Below are positions 11,144 to 20,390 of a stretch of 39,274 bases of DNA, piece by piece. Both the position numbers and the translations under genes were made by a program. The notes under the pieces were generated by a model that ran no database searches, had not been told where the DNA came from, and saw nothing but the letters and a program-made list of their open reading frames with translations. Source of the DNA: Octopus bimaculoides (lineage: Eukaryota); assembly GCF_001194135.2 (NCBI RefSeq), contig NC_068983.1, positions 121,845,266 to 121,884,539 on the forward strand. Reading direction: 5' to 3'. The stretch's first letter is position 1, and the number at the start of each line of letters is the position of its first letter.

Positions 11144-11701
11144 GGGAGGGGAGGGAGAGGGGGGATGTGAGAGTGAGTGAGAGAGCAGATAGCCAGCGGA
11201 TGCATTATGCATTATTATTAGTGGAAGTCAGATGTGAAGAGAAAGAGAGAAATGTTAAAGATATGAAGAAGGGAATTACATTGCTAAAAAGCTTCTTGAA
11301 GAGGTAGAGAAAAAAAAGAGAAATATAAACTGTTTAGCAGAGGAGAATTTTAAAATCACATATTGTGACTGGAAGTGAAATAACTTGGCGAAATAAAAAT
11401 AAAAATTCAAATCATCCTTTCTTTTTTAAATAGCTTCTCTTAATCTCTTTCTTTCTGTGGAATTTCCACGGGTCCTACTAGTGTCATATTAATCTCTTTA
11501 TTTGTTTGTGTGTGCCGAGAATAACAAGAACTATTTAGATTTGCGTACTCTGTATAACGTAGTTATAATAAACTGTTAGGAATTTTAGAACGTCGAAGTC
11601 AGTGAACTGTTATGACGAGAATCATACCACCCTCTGTGAGAATGGACAAGCCGAACTCGTATAAGTAACGTGTTTGACGGAGGGCGAGAGATGAGAAATC
11701 G

Positions 11702-13220
11702 CAGAAAGTTGTCCTCTTGTTAATTGCTGTCGAACTGCTGTCTTTATGTGAAACACGTGTATTTTGTCGTCTTGTAGCGGTATTGTTCGACGTCTTCCCT
11801 CCTGTTTGATGGGGGAACATCGTAGGTTCGTGCCTTCGTAATGGAATACGAAGGTTTGAGTTCTTATTCTTCAGACTTTACGTCGTGTGGAGAAGAGCTG
11901 GTTTAAAATCTGAAGAGAATAGACGAAGCAATGGCGGTGAAGAATTATGCAGAGGTGGTGAAAGAGAAAAACGAAGACGTGTGTCTGGAGGAGTTGAGTA
12001 GATTCACAGAAATGCCTAAAAGGGAGGGGAACGACGTAAAAGTGTTCCCTCCTCCACCAACCATTATTTACAGGACGTACTCAGCAACAAGGAAAATTAA
12101 AATCATGTCGACCGCTCAAGTCAAAAAGGCACTAAAACCAATTCGGCAAGGGATTCCTCACCTTGCCAGAGGAAGAAAGTTTGGAACGGTGGATGTGCAG
12201 TTCCGGGAGGTAGCTACTGCTAGACAGTACTCGGCAGTACTAGTTACTGTACTCGGCAGCACCCTTAAAAACGGATGAAGTGGTGCTTCTACCCATATAC
12301 CTTGCCATATAAGATATGATAATCCAGGCGGCCCCGGAGACCTTGAAAATATGGTCGAGACCATCACGGTCGAAGAGATGTCACTTAGGGTCAGAGTAAA
12401 AGGCAGGGTCTCGCGATGCTATAAATGTGGCCTGAATGGCCACATTAGAGCGGACTGTCCTCCACCACCCGTGAGGACTAAAGAGAAACCCGACAGCAGG
12501 AAGGAAATCGCGACTTCACCCCCAACGAAAATCAGTACCAGCGCCGAAGAAGAGGAAGTAAACGAGGAAAAGAACGAATGGGAAAAGGCTTGAAGAAAAA
12601 GAAGAGAAAGAAAAATGTACAATTTGTAAATGATGACCCCCCACCCGACTCCCACCCAACTTCCACCCACACCCACTTTACCCTAACCTCCCCCTACAGA
12701 CACCAACCTTCTCCATGTTCCACTTGACACAAAGACAAGCACAAGCACACAGGAGCCCCAAACTTCCCCACCCTTGCCCTGTGATTAAAAAATATGTTAT
12801 ACTGTACAACAGACAAAATGAAAAACTTTATGAGATAGACTCGTGGGACAGAGCGATGAGAGTGAATACAACAGAAGTTAGGGGATTGCCCGAGTACTTT
12901 CATTGTGCGGTGGCAGACCCAGAGTATCTTTCGAGAGTAAAGGACTATGAGGAGGACTTTGAGTGGTGGGTTAAGAAAATGGACACCAGCACAATACCAG
13001 AACGAGTAAGCTATCTTGAACTTTTAAAGAACTATAACATAGACATTCTTCGGAAAGATGAAAGTTAACTGTTACAAATAATGTCGCTCGGAGGTGGGGA
13101 CCGAACGGCTTCATTTCATTTACCATCTTATCTAATTCATTCTTTCCAGTCGGTTTTTTTTCCTGTCCCCACCATGTGCTGTCCCCACTGTGTTAGACCC
13201 TGTGTGGCCAATAAAAGAAA
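11702..13220 (+). mobile_element. ORF1-only (gag-like) non-autonomous non-LTR retroelement with 16-bp TSD
   Basis: GAGAGATGAGAAATCG occurs at 11686-11701 and 13221-13236. Inside are a 5' leader, a decayed CCHC-knuckle ORF and a 3' end ...CCAATAAAAGAAA. There is no room or motif for an endonuclease or RT. Confidence 0.85.
11931..13068 (+). pseudogene. Decayed gag-like ORF1 protein (CX2CX4HX4C zinc knuckle)
   Basis: ORF pieces 11931-12278, 12351-12593 and 12715-13068. CYKCGLNGHIRADC lies at 12417-12458, followed by a basic stretch, a Pro/Thr-rich linker and a C-terminal domain. Broken by stops and frameshifts. Confidence 0.85.
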
Positions 13221-13319
13221 GAGAGATGAGAAATCGTAGGAAGTCGAAATAGGTCGTTCGTAAGATCGTGGAATTGCAGGAAATTGTTGAGAAGTTGTTA
13301 TAGTTCATTGATAGTTGTA

Positions 13320-13623
13320 AAAAAACGATAAACGTCACCCTTTCAAAGCCTATCCAGGCTCATGGGCCCGGTTTCCCGGTTTCTATGGCGTATGTGTTCC
13401 GCCTCAGCTGGACAGGACGCCAGTCCATCGCAGCGTTACTCAAGAAACAGGAAGAAAGAATGAGAGAAAGAGTACAACAGGGGTCGTCACCACCCCCTGC
13501 CGGAGCCTCGTAGAGCTTAGGTGTTTCGCTCAATAAACACACACAACGCCCGGTCTGGGAATCGAAACCGCGATCCTTCGACCGCGAGTCCGCTGCCCTA
13601 CCCACTGGGCCATTGCGCCTGCC
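13320..13623 (-). mobile_element. SINE with family A tRNA head but a different (V-domain-like) body and tail, 14-bp TSD
   Basis: TSD CATTGATAGTTGTA at 13306-13319 and 13624-13637. The head matches 25742 ff. The body contains CTGCGATGGACTGGCGTCCTGTCCAG (13408-13433, minus strand). Confidence 0.9.
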
Positions 13624-14808
13624 CATTGATAGTTGTACTGGATTGGTAACAGTTGTTGGCAGAGTATTTGGGAATACATCAAGTGGAGACAGTTGGTGTC
13701 TACCCCGTTCCGTGGTATTATATATCATACTGTATTAGTGCACGACACTAAGGTTACATATACAGAAACCACATTATAAAATAAACATAACATGAAATAT
13801 ATAAATTCTATGTCTCTTTTGCCTTGTAATTCTTTAATTTTAATTTCAGTTTCAAATTTCTAATCCTACTCCATATTATCACGAAATGATTATTTTACTA
13901 GTAATAGTTGTGCCTCAAGAAGGACCACTTATATAATTACATGAACTTTATTTCAATTTTCTAATAAGCACTGGGTGGGCATTGTATATGTATGCATAAA
14001 TCGATGAATGCACTGTAACGGAAGTTGAACTATATCCAGAAGTTACGATTTAGAAATGGAAGTCATTTAGATGATTAGATGCATCGCATACTTTTAAAAG
14101 TCGCTGCACGAAGATAGTTGTCCTAATTGAAACGTGCGCCAACACGACGCTTGTCTTTAGGAGGCAAATAATTGAAAGAAAGGATTTAATTTAATCAAGA
14201 AGCTGCAAATGCAAACATAACGATTAAAGCAACATTGGTTGAATGTGATTAAAATACGTTTGATGGTTCACAACAAATACTTCACATTTTTGACACAAAT
14301 ATCTTGAATGTATTAAAGTAGAGTGTAAGTTATCAAAGCGAAATCCTGCAAAATTGTTCCGATTCCTACCTGAAACTGCTAAGAGTTAAGTCATAACTTT
14401 TTTTCAAGTCAACTTTATCCGTCAGAGCCCTTTTGTTATTCCCAGTAAATCAGAACATATTTAAGCTCAGTTGTGCTTTTTAAGTTTCTTTCAACTAAAA
14501 TATATTTTCAAAATCTTTTTTCTTTTTTTCTTTTTTCTAAGTTGCGACACTGCAGTTAAAAGAAAGCCATGGATAAGATTGATGTTATTGCCGGAAATAT
14601 AGGACAAGAGAAAGTTTTTGATGGTACGGCAATGTAATACAAGTTATTTCTTTTGGTACAATCAATTTCTTAAGATGGAATATAGTAGCTCGAATCAATT
14701 CAGTATATTACTTGTACGAAAGAATGACCAAGTAAATCCCAGTGACATTTAAAATCAGAAGATAAATTGCATGTTTCTACTATTATCGACACTCCCCCAA
14801 CCTTCAAT

Positions 14809-14836
14809 AGAAGAAGAAGAAGAAGAAGAAGAAGAA
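14809..14836. repeat. (GAA)n microsatellite
   Basis: Read directly from the sequence. Confidence 0.95.
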
Positions 14837-15400
14837 ATGCCCTGATGCAGTACCAGGCACAGGTTCCCATGGCTTCTCATCTTAACTGATTGGAAGTGTT
14901 ATCATGTACAATGTTTTGTCTTGGTATAAAAGATGGGCTGCAGCAAATATTCTGCTCAATAACACAGATTTGTTTGTCCGTTGTTTGACATTAATCAGTT
15001 GAGCATGTCCCTTAGTGGCTGATGAGATGTGCATCTCTGATCACGAGCAGAAGTAGTGGGGGAGCATCATAGCCGTGTGTTGAGAGGAATTCTTTGGAGT
15101 TTGAATAATTCACCTCTGGAAACATGGGTGTTTCGTTCAACATCCTTAAACAACTCTTATTCAAGAACCTTTTGAGCGGGTGGATTACTCGACCTGAAGA
15201 AAACTCTAACTGGGCCCCACCTGTTAGATCATGCGCTGTTTATCTTGATATGAGATCACCATGTCGCGCACATATGGTTGTGATGCATATACCTGGTATA
15301 CCCTTATCAGACGGGTAGTCATGATGGCTATACTGGGCTTCGTATAATTTACCCAGTGTCACTTTGATGTCATGCACTGCTCTCTCACTCAGTAATAATA
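14837..15400. repeat. Probable unclassified interspersed repeat (~560 bp, non-coding)
   Basis: A GC-richer block sharply bounded by (GAA)n and TAATAAT. It resembles a dispersed octopus repeat from memory, but there is only one copy in this window. Confidence 0.4.
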
Positions 15401-15401
15401 T

Positions 15402-15670
15402 GCAAGAATTTGGAGTACGAAAACTGTAAAGGTTGTCCTTGTAATAATTGGTGCGTTGGGAACTGTAAGTAATGGTATAGACAAATGGTTGAAGGAGATT
15501 AGACTAGAATACCCTGCAGAGCGTCTTAGAAACTTTGCCTCTTAGAAACAGGAAAGATTATCAGGAGGATTCCTAAGTGCTTGGAAGACTGTGTTGAAAG
15601 CTTGTGTTTACCTATGGTTACAAGTAGTGACCAGCTACCCACATAAATTCTACCAAGAATAATAATGAAC
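15402..15670 (+). mobile_element. 3' fragment of an RLE-class (R4/Dong-like) LINE
   Basis: Translates ARIWSTKTVKVVLVIIGALGTVSNGIDKWLKEI..., then after a frameshift KLCLLETGKIIRRI. This matches the RLE C-terminal pattern (V.IGALG ... CLL.T..I.R). TAATAA-like sequence lies at both ends. Confidence 0.75.
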
Positions 15671-16061
15671 CCGAGTCAAATCAATGATAATAACTTGCTG
15701 TTACTTGAGGGGTTTGGGTGACACTTGGAATAGCTCATATAAAACAAAACAAAAACATAGATAGTAATAATAACACGTATATATGGTTTATAGCTACAAA
15801 TTTTGGAGTGGGGTGTAATTGATGTAACAGACTCCACTTCTTGATTATTTCATTGACCACAAAATGAGGGTACTTCGTGACACTTGAACTCAGAACATAA
15901 TGGCTGAAAAGCAAAGAATGTATGCTCAACGCTCTACCAATTCTGCAAGTCACCAACATTTGCTTAACGAAGGATAGGAAATCTATGTCACCTATCAGAC
16001 AATAGCTCATTCAAGAATTTCTAACTTTCGTCAAAGTAAAAAGTATTTTGAGAGAGGGGTA

Positions 16062-16165
16062 CAATTGATTAAAATGCTATCAGTACTTTATTAGTACTTA
16101 TTTTATCAAACACTGAAAGCTGAAAGGCAAAATACTATTTCGTTGGGGATTGAACCCGGAATATC
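16062..16165 (-). mobile_element. Degenerate SINE family B
   Basis: AGTACTTATTTTATCAAACACTGAAAGCTGAAAGGCAAA resembles the reverse complement of the B core. Confidence 0.55.
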
Positions 16166-17116
16166 AAAATACATAACCAAATACTACCTGTCATGTAATT
16201 TGTTACTTTATTAATTCTGACATCCACCATCGATAATGCTTGATAAAGCGACAGGAAATCTATATCACGTGTCAGACAACAAGCTATTCAAAAATGAAGA
16301 ATATCGATTTTGTGATTGTTTTCTTCATAAAACTCACTCTTTGTAAGTGAAATGATTTATGCTTCTTGAGAATCTTTTTTACTGTAACTGTCCAGAAACA
16401 AAGTTCGATATAGTCTGTTCAACACTCACTTTCGTCATCTGAATTCTAATATCGCTAGCTATGCGAGTAATAAAAGACAAACAATATTGAAAAACATGGA
16501 AGGCTGTTAGTCGAATTCGTTAAATAAAACAATAAAGAATTGAAATAAAAAGGTTTTTGTTTATTTATTTGTCTTTATTTCTAAAGTAAATAGAGGGAAA
16601 ATAAATATTATACATGACAGGCTGGTGCTTTGTCCAGACGGATGTTTATCTCTTATTCACTTAATGCTTGAAATGGAATGTAACGGTTTTATGATAGCGT
16701 AACACGCGTGCGCGCGTAAAGTTGTAAGATATTAGCAGATAATTTTATTAAAACTTAAATTTATGAGTATAACACGCACTGATCTCAGAAACGAGCCAAC
16801 AACCAATCAATGAGGGACCGTGAACGTTCAACCTAGTCGAGAAATCTTCTTTCTATCACAGTCGGTTTTTAAAAAGAAAAAAACGAAAAACGCGTTGGGT
16901 GATGCAAGCCTAAGCATACCATATCTGAGGGGAAAACAGATGATAGCAGTTGGAACACATTGCATCATTATATACTGTATATATGTGTATGACAATTTCC
17001 CCTTCTATGATAACATATGCAATTATTTACATTGATTGAGCGATTCTGTCAAAAGTACCCCGGTAAGTACGGTGAAAACCATGTTTAAAAAATGAGGCTA
17101 CAATATGAGCGTAACA

Positions 17117-17350
17117 CAGGGGCGGCGAGCTGGCAGAAGCGTTAGCACGCCGGGCGAAATGCTTAGCAGTATTTCGTCTGCTGTTACGTTCTGAGTTCAA
17201 ACTCCAGCGAGGTCGACTTCGCTCTTATCGTTTCGGGGTTAATTAAATAAGTACCAGTTACACACTGGGGTCGATGTAAGCGACTTAATCCCTTTGTCTG
17301 TCCTTGTTTGTCCCCTCTATCTTTAGCCCGCTGTGAGCAATAGAGAAATA
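17117..17350 (+). mobile_element. SINE family B, full length, CCC-TGTG-CAATA tail type, 15-bp TSD
   Basis: TSD AATATGAGCGTAACA at 17102-17116 and 17351-17365. Confidence 0.95.
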
Positions 17351-17544
17351 AATATGAGCGTAACATGTTCGGAGTTTCTATTGTCAAAAAACGTACTTGC
17401 TGAAAAAGAGATTAAAACAATATAAGTCAATGGTTAATTTGGTATGACTAATATTGGGTTCTCCACCACTGTCTTTATATAATTATTTCTAATTAACATG
17501 TTATTGTTCTCTGTATTTAATATATAGATTTCACAGGACAACTA

Positions 17545-17665
17545 ATTTGAGGGGAGGATAATGTTAATTATATCATCCCCAATGCTTATGTTTCCGACAT
17601 TGGAATGATGTAAGACAAAGTTGTTCTTGGTAGGATTTGAACTCAGAAGGTGAAAGTCTGTAAAT
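17545..17665 (-). mobile_element. Degenerate SINE family B
   Basis: GGATTTGAACTCAGAA and ACAAAGTTG match the reverse complement of the B head/B-box region. Confidence 0.5.
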
Positions 17666-17685
17666 AAATGCATAAAAGCTTATGT

Positions 17686-18071
17686 ATGTATGTATGTATG
17701 TATGTCATTATTCAGTTTATTTCAAGATTTCTAGCCAATAGAGAAAGAACCGGTTTCTAACTTAGATCCAAGGTTCCTTCATTGGAATTTCAGCATTAAC
17801 AACAGGGAATTTTTGTATGTATGTATGTATGTATGTATGTGCAGATTTGTATGTTTTATGTATGTATTCTCATGCATATAGTTACATATCTAGACATGCT
17901 CATATATATTTAAATGATAAACTTCTAGAAAGTTTTACAGATTTTTACAGTTCCAGTGATGGATTGGATCTATAGTTTTCGAATTAGCTTTCTCTCTTCT
18001 GGTTTTGAGAAGTCTAATTTCTCCAGACTGGTATTTAGGTAGTATGTTACATATCCCAGGGCCCCAATAAT
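17686..18071 (-). mobile_element. 5'-truncated RLE-class LINE 3' end with (ACAT)n tail
   Basis: Minus strand 18071-17910 translates IIGALGYVTYYLNTSLEKLDFSKPEERKLIRKL*IQSITGTVKICKTF*KFII*, followed by a 3' UTR and (ACAT)n. Related copies lie at 27672-27753 and 8762-8820. Confidence 0.75.
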
Positions 18072-18093
18072 ATGTATGGATGTATGCATGTAT

Positions 18094-18654
18094 CTTTCCT
18101 TGAGAGATGCCAACATCTCTCCTAACACGTGGGAAGGCATAGCCATTGACCGTGGCAGGTGGAGAAGGATTGTGGATGAGGGGACAACTACTTTTGAGAA
18201 ATCACGAATTGCATATGAGAAATTAAGGAGGGATATCAGGAAGGGCATTGTTGTTGCACTTCCAGATGGTAAGGGTCTTCCTATGACACTGACATGCAGT
18301 GTCTGCGCAAGACCGTGCCTCAGTAAAGCTGGGCTTATGAGTCATCTTTGTAGTCATAAAGCAAGACCGATGATTGACTACCAGGCCGCTGGTGATGATG
18401 CTACACACCATACTAATCGTGTCCGTCGGACATGTGGAAGGGAGTGTGATTCAGCAGGAGGACTTAAACGACACGCAAAGGTACATGGATCCCAATTACA
18501 ACAACAGCCAGCTATTGCCAGTAAAGGTTTTTGATGCCAACTCTGTGGAAGACATTGGAGATCTTTGGCTGGGCTAAAAAGTCACATTCGATCACAGCAC
18601 CGTTAAGTTAAGCTTCGTGCAATGGCCATACTCGATAACGAGGGGGCAGCCATC
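18094..18654 (+). mobile_element. 3' end of an RTE-type LINE with three C2H2-like fingers and (ATGT)n tail
   Basis: WEGIAIDRGRWRRIVDEG is an RTE C-terminal motif. It is followed by CSVCARPCLSKAGLMSHLCSH, RTCGRECDSAGGLKRHAKVH and, after an in-frame TGA, CQLCGRHWRSLAGLKSHIRSQH. The tail is ...GGCAGCCATC(ATGT)n. Confidence 0.85.
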
Positions 18655-18740
18655 ATGTATGTATGTATGCATTTATGTATGTATGCATTTATGTATGTAT
18701 GTATGCATTTATGTATGTATGGATGGATGGATGGATGGAT
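18655..18740. repeat. (ATGT)n then (GGAT)n microsatellite (RTE tail)
   Basis: Read directly from the sequence. Confidence 0.9.
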
Positions 18741-18911
18741 GTGTTTTAATTGGTCTATGAAATTGCTGATACTGTCTGTTGGTCTGACAAAAGCATTACC
18801 CTGTTTCCGTGACGGTACAGGGTTTTGATTCAGAATTCAAAGAGTTCTGGTTACATTCTCAGCTAAAATCCATATCGCAAGACATCCCAACCGACGCTCT
18901 AACATTCCACC

Positions 18912-19030
18912 AATCCACCAACTTGGATAAAAAAAGCAAAGTTGGCCACGTTTGGATTTGATCTCAAAGCGCGTTGAGTCGGAACAAATGCCATGAAGCA
19001 TTCTATTCAACACTCTAACAACTTCGCCTC
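18912..19030 (-). mobile_element. Degenerate SINE family B variant
   Basis: The reverse complement reads GGCGAAGTTGTTAGAGTG...TTTGAGATCAAATCC...CAACTTTGCTTTT. Confidence 0.5.
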
Positions 19031-19331
19031 TTTGAGTCGGAAAATCGATTGCCACCAACTATGGTCAGCTAGTAACTACTATGTAAACAACACAGTGGAC
19101 TATTTTGCTCGTACTTTTCTTTTTACTATTAATTCTTCGCCTTTTTGTCTTCTCTTCCCACTTATCTTATCCTGAAGAAAAGCAATGTCTGAAGCGTCAA
19201 AATTAACTTTCCAATTCTTCGACTGTCGGCCTAATAATTATGACTATGAACCTATTCCATCTTTCTCTTTTACTCTCCTCTCTCTCTCACTCTCTTCCTC
19301 TCTCTCTAAATATATATATAAATATGTATAT

Positions 19332-19564
19332 GTCACGTGATCGACCAGACTATCGGATGTTGTTATACATCGCTGGTCACAATGCGCTTTGCATCGTTTT
19401 AGTTTTCAAGTGGTGCCACCCCGCTGACTAAGCGAGCAGGCTAGTCAGTCGCAGGGTTGCTCATTTACAGCTGAGTGAACTGAAGAAATCTTAAATAAAA
19501 GTGCTTTGCGCCGCTCGGTTAGGGAATCGAACCCACGATCTAGTGATCGTGAGTGCAACACCCT
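19332..19564 (-). mobile_element. CORE-like tRNA SINE family D
   Basis: Shares GACCAGACTA...GATGTTGTTA...CCACCCCGCTG.CTA.GCGAGCAGGC with 31496-31786. The head carries GGGTTCGATTCCC on the minus strand. Confidence 0.7.
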
Positions 19565-19612
19565 GTGCGTGTGTGTGTGCGTGTGCGTGCGCGCGCATGT
19601 GTACGTGTGTGT

Positions 19613-19657
<45 letters not shown>
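19613..19657. repeat. (GATA)n microsatellite
   Basis: Read directly from the sequence. Confidence 0.95.
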
Positions 19658-20116
19658 CAGACACATATATGCATATATACGCATATATGTGTGTGTGTGT
19701 AAATATAACTGGATGTATGCATACATATATCTGCGAGTTTCTTTGCTCAAACGCCATCGTGCAGCTGTGGGCATCGTTCTGCCTACTTAGTACAATACTT
19801 TTATCTTACTGTGTGGTAGTTATCTTTCAATCTTCTGCTCAGTAGTCAAATATTTCATAACTGCTAAAACTAGATATATCTACGCGAAAAGAAATTGGCG
19901 GAAAACTGATAAAACACCGTCACTGATAGGAAATAGCCCTCATTCTGAAGGAAGAGTAATTTATGTACGAATTGCTCGTTGTTTCCATAAATATTTTGTA
20001 GTTAAGCAGCTATATCCATCGGGAAAATATGTAGATATAACTTAATGCAAACTAAAAATAAATTGTAAAAATACCAACAAATGCGGTAAGTGACATTGAC
20101 ATAGCTCCAAGAATCT

Positions 20117-20390
20117 GACATGCCTGTCCAGACTAAGAAGAAAATCAAAGCGAACCTTCCAGATATTAAATGACAGCCAGAAAGGAAAACAAATACAATC
20201 TAATAGACACCTCTATTCCTTCCAATCAAAATATCGCCTAAGAGATTCTTGGACTTGTATCAAACATCCCTGAAATGGAAGTAAGCGAAATGTGAGGTAT
20301 GAAAATACAAAGGGTACCAATAGCATTTGATACCTTTATGGTAAAAATTAAGAAAAAATTGGGGGAGAAACATAAACACCCTATCAGGTT
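20117..20390 (+). pseudogene. Degenerate RLE (PD-(D/E)xK) endonuclease fragment of an R4/Dong-like LINE
   Basis: DMPVQTKKKIKANLPDI ... LIDTSIPSNQNIA*E ... EMEVSEM*GMKIQRVPI matches the RLE pattern D.P..T...I.A..PDI ... IDV.IP. Confidence 0.7.

Noticed and set aside
15024-15055. CTGATGAG followed by a mini-palindrome (hammerhead-like start)
   Set aside because: No GAAA after the putative stem II.
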